34,553 nt of DNA. Origin: Nemertoderma westbladi. Its lineage: Eukaryota > Animalia > Xenacoelomorpha. The stretch covers positions 1 to 34,553 of the forward strand of contig JAUCBJ010003581.1 of the NCBI GenBank assembly GCA_032718475.1, in the 5' to 3' direction. The translations under genes and the position numbers were made by a program. Each line of letters opens with the position of its first letter. The first letter of the stretch is position 1. The notes beneath the pieces are model-generated. The model was not told the DNA's origin and searched no databases. It saw only the letters and a list, made by a program, of their open reading frames with translations. Shown here piece after piece: positions 10,400 to 22,668 of the stretch.

Positions 10400-13300
10400 C
10401 TCAGAATGTCACGAGAGCAGCCAATAATTCAGCGTTCCTTGTTGCGAGTGGGACGTCAGAATGTCATGAGAGCAGCGGCCAATAAAGCAGCGTTCCTTGT
10501 TGAGAGTGGGACGTCAGAATGTCATGAGAGCAGCGGCCAATAAAGCAGCGTTCCTTGTTGCGAGTGGGACGTCAGAATGTCACGAGAGCAGCGGCCAATA
10601 AAGCAGCGTTCCTTGTTGCGAGTGGGACGTCAGAATGTCACGAGAGCAGCGGCCAATAAAGCAGCGTTCCTTGTTGCGAGTGGGACGTCAGAATGTCACG
10701 AGAGCAGCGGCCAATAAAGCAGCGTTCCTTGTTGCGAGTGGGACGTCAGAATGTCACGAGAGCAGCGGCCAATAAAGCAGCGTTCCTTGTTGAGAGTGGG
10801 ACGTCAGAATGTCATGAGAGCAGCGGCCAATAAAGCAGCGTTCCTTGTTGAGAGTGGGACGTCAGAATGTCATGAGAGCAGCGGCCAATAAAGCAGCGTT
10901 CCTTGTTGAGAGTGGGACGTCAGAATGTCACGAGAGCAGCGGCCAATAAAGCAGCGTTCCTTGTTGAGAGTGGGACGTCAGAATGTCATGAGAGCAGCGG
11001 CCAATAAAGCAGCGTTCCTTGTTGCGAGTGGGACGTCAGAATGTCACGAGAGCAGCGGCCAATAAAGCAGCGTTCCTTGTTGCGAGTGGGACGTCAGAAT
11101 GTCACGAGAGCAGCGGCCAATAAAGCAGCGTTCCTTGTTGCGAGTGGGACGTCAGAATGTCACGAGAGCAGCGGCCAATAAAGCAGCGTTCCTTGTTGCG
11201 AGTGGGACGTCAGAATGTCACGAGAGCTGCCAATAAAGCAGCGTTCCTTGTTGCGAGTGGGACGTCAGAATGTCACGAGAGCAGCGGCCAATAAAGCAGC
11301 GTTCCTTGTTGCGAGTGGGACGTCAGAATGTCACGAGAGCAGCGGCCAATAAAGCAGCGTTCCTTGTTGCGAGTGGGACGTCAGAATGTCACGAGAGCAG
11401 CGGCCAATAAAGCAGCGTTCCTTGTTGAGAGTGGGACGTCAGAATGTCACGAGAGCAGCGGCCAATAAAGCAGCGTTCCTTGTTGAGAGTGGGACGTCAG
11501 AATGTCATGAGAGCAGCGGCCAATAAAGCAGCGTTCCTTGTTGAGAGTGGGACGTCAGAATGTCACGAGAGCAGCGGCCAATAAAGCAGCGTTCCTTGTT
11601 GAGAGTGGGACGTCAGAATGTCATGAGAGCAGCGGCCAATAAAGCAGCGTTCCTTGTTGCGAGTGGGACGTCAGAATGTCACGAGAGCAGCGGCCAATAA
11701 AGCAGCGTTCCTTGTTGCGAGTGGGACGTCAGAATGTCACGAGAGCAGCGGCCAATAAAGCAGCGTTCCTTGTTGCGAGTGGGACGTCAGAATGTCACGA
11801 GAGCAGCGGCCAATAAAGCAGCGTTCCTTGTTGCGAGTGGGACGTCAGAATGTCACGAGAGCAGCAGCCAATAAAGCAGCGTTCCTTGTTGCGTGCGGGA
11901 CGTCAGAATGTCACGAGAGCAGCGGCCAATAAAGCAGCGTTCCTTGTTGCGTGCGGGACGTCAGAATGTCACGAGAGCAGCGGCCAATAAAGCAGCGTTC
12001 CTTGTTGAGAGTGGGACGTCAGAATGTCATGAGAGCAGCAGCCAATAAAGCAGCGTTCCTTGTTGCGTGCGGGACGTCAGAATGTCACGAGAGCAGCGGC
12101 CAATAAAGCAGCGTTCCTTGTTGAGAGTGGGACGTCAGAATGTCACGAGAGCAGCGGCCAATAAAGCAGCGTTCCTTGTTGCGAGTGGGACGTCAGAATG
12201 TCACGAGAGCAGCGGCCAATAAAGCAGCGTTCCTTGTTGCGAGTGGGACGTCAGAATGTCACGAGAGCAGCAGCCAATAAAGCAGCGTTCCTTGTTGCGT
12301 GCGGGACGTCAGAATGTCACGAGAGCAGCGGCCAATAAAGCAGCGTTCCTTGTTGAGAGTGGGACGTCAGAATGTCATGAGAGCAGCGGCCAATAAAGCA
12401 GCGTTCCTTGTTGCGAGTGGGACGTCAGAATGTCACGAGAGCAGCGGCCAATAAAGCAGCGTTCCTTGTTGCGAGTGGGACGTCAGAATGTCACGAGAGC
12501 AGCGGCCAATAAAGCAGCGTTCCTTGTTGCGTGCGGGACGTCAGAATGTCACGAGAGCTGCCAATAAAGCAGCGTTCCTTGTTGCGAGTGGGGCGTCAGA
12601 ATGTCACGAGAGCAGCGGCCAATAAAGCAGCGTTCCTTGTTGCGAGTGGGACGTCAGAATGTCACGAGAGCAGCGGCCAATAAAGCAGCGTCCCTTGTTG
12701 CGAGTGGGACGTCAGAATGTCACGAGAGCAGCGGCCAATAAAGCAGCGTTCCTTGTTGCGTGCGGGACGTCAGAATGTCACGAGAGCAGCGGCCAATAAA
12801 GCAGCGTTCCTTGTTGCGAGTGGGACGTCAGAATGTCACGAGAGCAGCGGCCAATAAAGCAGCGTTCCTTGTTGCGAGTGGGACGTCAGAATGTCACGAG
12901 AGCAGCGGCCAATAAAGCAGCGTCCCTTGTTGCGAGTGGGACGTCAGAATGTCACGAGAGCAGCGGCCAATAAAGCAGCGTTCCTTGTTGCGAGTGGGAC
13001 GTCAGAATGTCACGAGAGCAGCGGCCAATAAAGCAGCGTTCCTTGTTGCGAGTGGGACGTCAGAATGTCACGAGAGCAGCGGCCAATAAAGCAGCGTTCC
13101 TTGTTGCGAGTGGGGCGTCAGAATGTCACGAGAGCAGCGGCCAATAAAGCAGCGTTCCTTGTTGCGAGTTGGACGTCAGAATGTCACGAGAGCAGCGGCC
13201 AATAAAGCAGCGTTCCTTGTTGCGAGTTGGACGTCAGAATGTCACGAGAGCAGCAGCCAATAAAGCAGCGTTCCTTGTTGCGAGTGGGGCGTCAGAATGT

Positions 13301-16300
13301 CACGAGAGCAGCGGCCAATAAAGCAGCGTTCCTTGTTGCGAGTTGGACGTCAGAATGTCACGAGAGCAGCGGCCAATAAAGCAGCGTTCCTTGTTGCGAG
13401 TGGGACGTCAGAATGTCACGAGAGCAGCGGCCAATAAAGCAGCGTTCCTTGTTGCGAGTGGGACGTCAGAATGTCACGAGAGCAGCGGCCAATAAAGCAG
13501 CGTTCCTTGTTGCGAGTGGGACGTCAGAATGTCACGAGAGCAGCGGCCAATAAAGCCGCGTTCCTTGTTGCGAGTGGGACGTCAGAATGTCACGAGAGCA
13601 GCGGCCAATAAAGCAGCGTTCCTTGTTGCGAGTGGGACGTCAGAATGTCACGAGAGCAGCGGCCAATAAAGCAGCGTTCCTTGTTGCGTGTGGGACGTCA
13701 GAATGTCACGAGAGCAGCGGCCAATAAAGCAGCGTTCCTTGTTGCGAGTGGGACGTCAGAATGTCACGAGAGCTGCCAATAAAGCAGCGTTCCTTGTTGC
13801 GAGTGGGACGTCAGAATGTCACGAGAGCAGCGGCCAATAAAGCAGCGTCCCTTGTTGCGAGTGGGACGTCAGAATGTCACGAGAGCAGCGGCCAATAAAG
13901 CAGCGTTCCTTGTTGCGAGTGGGACGTCAGAATGTCACGAGAGCAGCGGCCAATGAAGCAGCGTTCCTTGTTGCGAGTGGGACGTCAGAATGTCATGAGA
14001 GCAGCGGCCAATAAAGCAGCGTTCCTTGTTGCGAGTGGGACGTCAGAATGTCACGAGAGCTGCCAATAAAGCAGCGTTCCTTGTTGCGAGTGGGACGTCA
14101 GAATGTCACGAGAGCAGCGGCCAATAAAGCAGCGTTCCTTGTTGCGAGTGGGACGTCAGAATGTCACGAGAGCTGCCAATAAAGCAGCGTTCCTTGTTGC
14201 GAGTGGGACGTCAGAATGTCACGAGAGCAGCGGCCAATAAAGCAGCGTTCCTTGTTGCGAGTGGGACGTCAGAATGTCACGAGAGCAGCGGCCAATAAAG
14301 CAGCGTTCCTTGTTGCGAGTGGGACGTCAGAATGTCACGAGAGCTGCCAATAAAGCAGCGTTCCTTGTTGCGAGTGGGACGTCAGAATGTCACGAGAGCA
14401 GCGGCCAATAAAGCAGCGTTCCTTGTTGCGAGTGGGACGTCAGAATGTCACGAGAGCAGCGGCCAATAAAGCAGCGTTCCTTGTTGCGAGTGGGACGTCA
14501 GAATGTCACGAGAGCAGCGGCCAATAAAGCAGCGTTCCTTGTTGCGAGTGGGACGTCAGAATGTCACGAGAGCAGCGGCCAATAAAGCAGCGTTCCTTGT
14601 TGCGAGTGGGACGTCAGAATGTCACGAGAGCAGCGGCCAATAAAGCAGCGTTCCTTGTTGCGAGTGGGACGTCAGAATGTCACGAGAGCTGCCAATAAAG
14701 CAGCGTTCCTTGTTGCGAGTGGGACGTCAGAATGTCACGAGAGCAGCGGCCAATAAAGCAGCGTTCCTTGTTGCGAGTGGGACGTCAGAATGTCACGAGA
14801 GCAGCGGCCAATAAAGCAGCGTTCCTTGTTGCGAGTGGGACGTCAGAATGTCACGAGAGCAGCGGCCAATAAAGCAGCGTTCCTTGTTGCGAGTGGGACG
14901 TCAGAATGTCACGAGAGCAGCGGCCAATAAAGCAGCGTTCCTTGTTGCGAGTGGGACGTCAGAATGTCACGAGAGCAGCGGCCAATAAAGCAGCGTTCCT
15001 TGTTGCGAGTGGGACGTCAGAATGTCACGAGAGCAGCGGCCAATAAAGCAGCGTTCCTTGTTGCGAGTGGGACGTCAGAATGTCACGAGAGCAGCGGCCA
15101 ATAAAGCAGCGTTCCTTGTTGCGAGAGGGACGTCAGAATGTCACGAGAGCAGCGGCCAATAAAGCAGCGTTCCTTGTTGCGTGCGGGACGTCAGAATGTC
15201 ACGAGAGCTGCCAATAAAGCAGCGTTCCTTGTTGCGAGTGGGACGTCAGAATGTCACGAGAGCAGCAGCCAATAAAGCAGCGTTCCTTGTTGCGAGTGGG
15301 ACGTCAGAATGTCACGAGAGCAGCGGCCAATAAAGCAGCGTTCCTTGTTGCGAGTGGGACGTCAGAATGTCACGAGAGCAGCAGCCAATAAAGCAGCGTT
15401 CCTTGTTGCGAGTGGGACGTCAGAATGTCACGAGAGCAGTGGCCAATAAAGCAGCGTTCCTTGTTGCGAGTGGGACGTCAGAATGTCACGAGAGCAGCGG
15501 CCAATAAAGCAGCGTTCCTTGTTGCGAGTGGGACGTCAGAATGTCACGAGAGCAGCGGCCAATAAAGCAGCGTTCCTTGTTGCGAGTGGGACGTCAGAAT
15601 GTCACGAGAGCAGCGGCCAATAAAGCAGCGTTCCTTGTTGCGAGTGGGACGTCAGAATGTCACGAGAGCAGCGGCCAATAAAGCAGCGTTCCTTGTTGCG
15701 AGTGGGACGTCAGAATGTCACGAGAGCAGCGGCCAATAAAGCAGCGTTCATTGTTGCGAGTGGGACGTCAGAATGTCACGAGAGCAGCGGCCAATAAAGC
15801 AGCGTTCCTTGTTGCGAGTGGGACGTCAGAATGTCACGAGAGCTGCCAATAAAGCAGCGTTCCTTGTTGCGAGTGGGACGTCAGAATGTCACGAGAGCTG
15901 CCAATAAAGCAGCGTTCCTTGTTGCGAGTGGGGCGTCAGAATGTCACGAGAGCAGCGGCCAATAAAGCAGCGTTCCTTGTTGCGAGTGGGACGTCAGAAT
16001 GTCACGAGAACAGCGGCCAATAAAGCAGCGTTCCTTGTTGCGAGTGGGACGTCAGAATGTCACGAGAGCAGCGGCCAATAAAGCAGCGTTCCTTGTTGCG
16101 AGTGGGACGTCAGAATGTCACGAGAACAGCGGCCAATAAAGCAGCGTTCCTTGTTGCGAGTGGGGCGTCAGAATGTCACGAGAGCAGCGGCCAATAAAGC
16201 AGCGTTCCTTGTTGCGAGTGGGACGTCAGAATGTCACGAGAACAGCGGCCAATAAAGCAGCGTTCCTTGTTGCGAGTGGGACGTCAGAATGTCACGAGAG

Positions 16301-19300
16301 CAGCGGCCAATAAAGCAGCGTTCCTTGTTGCGAGTGGGGCGTCAGAATGTCACGAGAGCAGCGGCCAATAAAGCAGCGTCCCTTGTTGCGAGTGGGACGT
16401 CAGAATGTCACGAGAGCAGCGGCCAATAAAGCAGCGTCCCTTGTTGCGAGTGGGACGTCAGAATGTCACGAGAGCAGCGGCCAATAAAGCAGCGTCCCTT
16501 GTTGCGAGTGGGACGTCAGAATGTCATGAGAGCAGCGGCCAATAAAGCAGCGTTCCTTGTTGCGAGTGGGGCGTCAGAATGTCACGAGAGCAGCGGCCAA
16601 TAAAGCAGCGTCCCTTGTTGCGAGTGGGACGTCAGAATGTCACGAGAGCAGCGGCCAATAAAGCAGCGTTCCTTGTTGAGAGTGGGACGTCAGAATGTCA
16701 CGAGAGCAGCGGCCAATAAAGCAGCGTTCCTTGTTGCGAGTGGGACGTCAGAATGTCACGAGAGCAGCCAATAATTCAGCGTTCCTTGTTGCGAGTGGGA
16801 CGTCAGAATGTCATGAGAGCAGCGGCCAATAAAGCAGCGTTCCTTGTTGCGAGTGGGACGTCAGAATGTCACGAGAGCAGCGGCCAATAAAGCAGCGTTC
16901 CTTGTTGAGAGTGGGACGTCAGAATGTCACGAGAGCAGCGGCCAATAAAGCAGCGTTCCTTGTTGCGAGTGGGACGTCAGAATGTCACGAGAGCGGCCAA
17001 TAAAGCAGCGTTCCTTGTTGAGAGTGGGACGTCAGAATGTCACGAGAGCAGCGGCCAATAAAGCAGCGTTCCTTGTTGAGAGTGGGACGTCAGAATGTCA
17101 CGAGAGCAGCGGCCAATAAAGCAGCGTTCCTTGTTGCGAGTGGGACGTCAGAATGTCACGAGAGCAGCGGCCAATAAAGCAGCGTTCCTTGTTGAGAGTG
17201 GGACGTCAGAATGTCACGAGAGCAGCGGCCAATAAAGCAGCGTTCCTTGTTGCGAGTGGGACGTCAGAATGTCACGAGAGCGGCCAATAAAGCAGCGTTC
17301 CTTGTTGAGAGTGGGACGTCAGAATGTCACGAGAGCAGCGGCCAATAAAGCAGCGTTCCTTGTTGAGAGTGGGACGTCAGAATGTCACGAGAGCAGCGGC
17401 CAATAAAGCAGCGTTCCTTGTTGCGAGTGGGACGTCAGAATGTCACGAGAGCAGCGGCCAATAAAGCAGCGTTCCTTGTTGAGAGTGGGACGTCAGAATG
17501 TCACGAGAGCAGCGGCCAATAAAGCAGCGTTCCTTGTTGCGAGTGGGACGTCAGAATGTCACGAGAGCAGCGGCCAATAAAGCAGCGTTCCTTGTTGCGA
17601 GTGGGACGTCAGAATGTCACGAGAGCAGCGGCCAATAAAGCAGCGTTCCTTGTTGCGAGTGGGACGTCAGAATGTCACGAGAGCAGCGGCCAATAAAGCA
17701 GCGTTCCTTGTTGCGTGTGGGACGTCAGAATGTCACGAGAGCAGCGGCCAATAAAGCAGCGTTCCTTGTTGCGAGTGGGACGTCAGAATGTCACGAGAGC
17801 AGCGGCCAATAAAGCAGCGTTCCTTGTTGCGAGTGGGACGTCAGAATGTAACGAGAGCAGCGGCCAATAAAGCAGCGTTCCTTGTTGCGAGTGGGACGTC
17901 AGAATGTAACGAGAGCAGCGGCCAATAAAGCAGCGTTCCTTGTTGCGAGTGGGACGTCAGAATGTCACGAGAGCTGCCAATAAAGCAGCGTTCCTTGTTG
18001 CGAGTGGGACGTCAGAATGTCACGAGAGCAGCGGCCAATAAAGCAGCGTCCCTTGTTGCGAGTGGGACGTCAGAATGTCACGAGAGCAGCGGCCAATAAA
18101 GCAGCGTTCCTTGTTGCGAGTGGGACGTCAGAATGTCACGAGAGCAGCGGCCAATAAAGCAGCGTTCCTTGTTGCGAGTGGGACGTCAGAATGTCATGAG
18201 AGCAGCGGCCAATAAAGCAGCGTTCCTTGTTGCGAGTGGGACGTCAGAATGTCACGAGAGCTGCCAATAAAGCAGCGTTCCTTGTTGCGAGTGGGACGTC
18301 AGAATGTCACGAGAGCAGCGGCCAATAAAGCAGCGTTCCTTGTTGCGAGTGGGACGTCAGAATGTCACGAGAGCTGCCAATAAAGCAGCGTTCCTTGTTG
18401 CGAGTGGGACGTCAGAATGTCACGAGAGCAGCGGCCAAAAAAGCAGCGTTCCTTGTTGCGAGTGGGACGTCAGAATGTCACGAGAGCAGCGGCCAATAAA
18501 GCAGCGTTCCTTGTTGCGAGTGGGACGTCAGAATGTCACGAGAGCTGCCAATAAAGCAGCGTTCCTTGTTGCGAGTGGGACGTCAGAATGTCACGAGAGC
18601 AGCAGCCAATAAAGCAGCGTTCCTTGTTGCGAGTGGGACGTCAGAATGTCACGAGAGCAGCGGCCAATAAAGCAGCGTTCCTTGTTGCGAGAGGGACGTC
18701 AGAATGTCACGAGAGCAGCGGCCAATAAAGCAGCGTTCCTTGTTGAGAGTGGGACGTCAGAATGTCACGAGAGCAGCGGCCAATAAAGCAGCGTTCCTTG
18801 TTGCGAGTGGGACGTCAGAATGTCACGAGAGCAGCGGCCAATAAAGCAGCGTTCCTTGTTGCGTGCGGGACGTCAGAATGTCACGAGAGCTGCCAATAAA
18901 GCAGCGTTCATTGTTGCGAGTGGGACGTCAGAATGTCACGAGAGCAGCGGCCAATAAAGCAGCGTTCCTTGTTGCGTGTGGGACGTCAGAATGTCACGAG
19001 AGCTGCCAATAAAGCAGCGTTCCTTGTTGAGAGTGGGGCGTCAGAATGTCACGAGAGCAGCGGCCAATAAAGCAGCGTTCCTTGTTGCGAGTGGGACGTC
19101 AGAATGTCACGAGAGCAGCGGCCAATAAAGCAGCGTTCCTTGTTGCGTGCGGGACGTCAGAATGTCACGAGAGCTGCCAATAAAGCAGCGTTCCTTGTTG
19201 CGAGTGGGACGTCAGAATGTCACGAGAGCAGCGGCCAATAAAGCAGCGTTCCTTGTTGAGAGTGGGACGTCAGAATGTCACGAGAGCAGCGGCCAATAAA

Positions 19301-21395
19301 GCAGCGTTCCTTGTTGCGTGCGGGACGTCAGAATGTCACGAGAGCTGCCAATAAAGCAGCGTTCCTTGTTGCGAGTGGGACGTCAGAATGTCACGAGAGC
19401 AGCGGCCAATAAAGCAGCGTTCCTTGTTGCGAGTGGGACGTCAGAATGTCACGAGAGCAGCAGCCAATAAAGCAGCGTTCCTTGTTGCGAGTGGGACGTC
19501 AGAATGTCACGAGAGCAGCCAATAAAGCAGCGTTCCTTGTTGCGAGTGGGACGTCAGAATGTCACGAGAGCAGCGGCCAATAAAGCAGCGTTCCTTGTTG
19601 CGAGTGGGACGTCAGAATGTCACGAGAGCAGCGGCCAATAAAGCAGCGTTCCTTGTTGCGAGTGGGGCGTCAGAATGTCACGAGAGCAGCGGCCAATAAA
19701 GCAGCGTTCATTGTTGCGAGTGGGGCGTCAGAATGTCACGAGAGCAGCGGCCAATAAAGCAGCGTTCATTGTTGCGAGTGGGACGTCAGAATGTCACGAG
19801 AGCAGCAGCCAATAAAGCAGCGTTCCTTGTTGCGAGTGGGACGTCAGAATGTCACGAGAGCAGCGGCCAATAAAGCAGCGTTCCTTGTTGAGAGTGGGAC
19901 GTCAGAATGTCACGAGAGCAGCGGCCAATAAAGCAGCGTTCCTTGTTGCGTGCGGGACGTCAGAATGTCACGAGAGCTGCCAATAAAGCAGCGTTCCTTG
20001 TTGCGAGTGGGACGTCAGAATGTCACGAGAGCAGCGGCCAATAAAGCAGCGTTCCTTGTTGCGAGTGGGACGTCAGAATGTCACGAGAGCTGCCAATAAA
20101 GCAGCGTTCCTTGTTGCGAGTGGGACGTCAGAATGTCACGAGAGCAGCAGCCAATAAAGCAGCGTTCCTTGTTGCGAGTGGGACGTCAGAATGTCACGAG
20201 AGCAGCCAATAAAGCAGCGTTCCTTGTTGCGAGTGGGACGTCAGAATGTCACGAGAGCAGCGGCCAATAAAGCAGCGTTCCTTGTTGCGAGTGGGACGTC
20301 AGAATGTCACGAGAGCAGCGGCCAATAAAGCAGCGTTCATTGTTGCGAGTGGGACGTCAGAATGTCACGAGAGCAGCGGCCAATAAAGCAGCGTTCCTTG
20401 TTGCGAGTGGGACGTCAGAATGTCACGAGAGCTGCCAATAAAGCAGCGTTCCTTGTTGCGAGTGGGACGTCAGAATGTCACGAGAGCTGCCAATAAAGCA
20501 GCGTTCCTTGTTGCGAGTGGGGCGTCAGAATGTCACGAGAGCAGCGGCCAATAAAGCAGCGTTCCTTGTTGCGAGTGGGACGTCAGAATGTCACGAGAAC
20601 AGCGGCCAATAAAGCAGCGTTCCTTGTTGCGAGTGGGACGTCAGAATGTCACGAGAGCAGCGGCCAATAAAGCAGCGTTCCTTGTTGCGAGTGGGACGTC
20701 AGAATGTCACGAGAACAGCGGCCAATAAAGCAGCGTTCCTTGTTGCGAGTGGGGCGTCAGAATGTCACGAGAGCAGCGGCCAATAAAGCAGCGTTCCTTG
20801 TTGCGAGTGGGACGTCAGAATGTCACGAGAACAGCGGCCAATAAAGCAGCGTTCCTTGTTGCGAGTGGGACGTCAGAATGTCACGAGAGCAGCGGCCAAT
20901 AAAGCAGCGTTCCTTGTTGCGAGTGGGGCGTCAGAATGTCACGAGAGCAGCGGCCAATAAAGCAGCGTCCCTTGTTGCGAGTGGGACGTCAGAATGTCAC
21001 GAGAGCAGCGGCCAATAAAGCAGCGTCCCTTGTTGCGAGTGGGACGTCAGAATGTCACGAGAGCAGCGGCCAATAAAGCAGCGTCCCTTGTTGCGAGTGG
21101 GACGTCAGAATGTCATGAGAGCAGCGGCCAATAAAGCAGCGTTCCTTGTTGCGAGTGGGGCGTCAGAATGTCACGAGAGCAGCGGCCAATAAAGCAGCGT
21201 CCCTTGTTGCGAGTGGGACGTCAGAATGTCACGAGAGCAGCGGCCAATAAAGCAGCGTTCCTTGTTGAGAGTGGGACGTCAGAATGTCACGAGAGCAGCG
21301 GCCAATAAAGCAGCGTTCCTTGTTGCGAGTGGGACGTCAGAATGTCACGAGAGCAGCGGCCAATAAAGCAGCGTTCCTTGTTGCGAGTGGGACGT
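10400..21395. repeat. 58-bp GC-rich satellite, about 190 units (11 kb), with 55-bp variants
   Basis: Unit GTCAGAATGTCACGAGAGCAGCGGCCAATAAAGCAGCGTTCCTTGTTGCGAGTGGGAC, head-to-tail with no spacers. Confidence 0.99.
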
Positions 21396-21608
21396 GACCC
21401 AAAATATTATATTCTAAAAATATTTGTCACCGAATATATCATTCACAACCCCATCATGATTACTCCTGTAACCTAATATATCATCTTGAATATAAGCTTC
21501 GTTGCGATATATACCTGGATATAATTTATAAACTTTGTTGCTTTAAATAAAATTATTTTGTTACATAAATATTATTTTAAACCACTCGTTGGCATTCCTT
21601 TAACTTAC

Positions 21609-21771
21609 CGCTGGTCTTTACATCCTTTCCAGATTCGGATACTTTGGTTTCAGTTTCTTCCGAGAAGTCCCGTGCCATCTGGTAATCTTTAAACTTAGCT
21701 AGCAGATATGGCACCAACGTTTCGCGGACGTTGCCAATAACTTGACGAGTAATCAACAATGTCCCCAACGT
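21609..21771 (-). CDS. ANO8: Anoctamin (ANO8-like) exon
   Basis: tttttacag acceptor, gtaag donor; 163 nt, phase 0-1. TLGTLLITRQVIGNVRETLVPYLLAKFK..., compared with ANO8 LATLLITRQFLQNVREVLQP. Confidence 0.93.
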
Positions 21772-21977
21772 CTGTAAAAATAAGCGGTTAATTCGTAAAT
21801 TATAAACTGTCAAGAAACAATGCATACAGTAGGTTAACTATGAGGAGATGGTTTGTATTTCGCATATTGCTACATTATAAATAATTACTTAGTTATCCGA
21901 AATAACACTAAAATATGCAGAGCGTATTCAGCTTATGGTAAATATAGTATATATGTGTAATAATAATTAATTAATAC

Positions 21978-22052
21978 CTCAAGAAGGCGTTGATTGTCTT
22001 TCAACCGAAATCCAATGTAGAACAAAGCGATGAAATTATTGAGAAAGTGAAA
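21978..22052 (-). CDS. ANO8: Anoctamin (ANO8-like) exon
   Basis: tttcacag acceptor, gtatt donor; 75 nt, phase 0-0. FHFLNNFIALFYIGFRLKDNQRLLE, compared with ANO8 FQFVNSYLSLFYIGFYLKDMERLKE. Confidence 0.93.
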
Positions 22053-22668
22053 CTGTGAAATATAAATATGTAACAAACTAACAAGCATGCCATGCACATT
22101 CCAAAGTACGTATAATAATGTAGTAGTAGTTAATAAGTAGTAAAGATGCAGATGACACTAAATATCAAACTGTATCGCTTTTATGGGAAAATCGACCCAA
22201 ATAACTGCTGGCTAATTAACTATTACCCTTTCGCATATTGCTTTTGTTAAAAAAATACGTGTGCCACTGTCACCTGTCCTTTCTCTTAATTAATAGTTTA
22301 ACATTGGGAATTGGGTCAATCAAGACCACCCTTTACTAATTGTTAGCAGGATACACAGTCTGCCTACTGCCTCAGCCTCAGTATTGGCCTAGAACAATGG
22401 AATGCGTATAGGCGCGATAGAAATATATTATTATTATTATTCTGTATTGCATTGAAAAACTCCGACAAATTGGTTTGAGATATCTAGGATATGAGTACGT
22501 TATGCCCAGGGGATAATCAAAGGTCGCACACTGTCAATGAATACCACACAATTGCATTACGGGTACATAAAAGCCATGTTCATACCTAAAGCACTGTCTG
22601 TTCATTCTTCTGTCTGTGTTCACCTTTCACTTTTTCGTTGACAGTTTTATTTTTTAAGAAAATAAACC

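Noticed and set aside
10400-21395. CRISPR array or coding repeat (ORFs at 10337 and 18304)
   Set aside because: Units are contiguous with no unique spacers and no cas genes are present. The 58-bp period cycles frames into the TAA stop, so the ORFs are artefacts.
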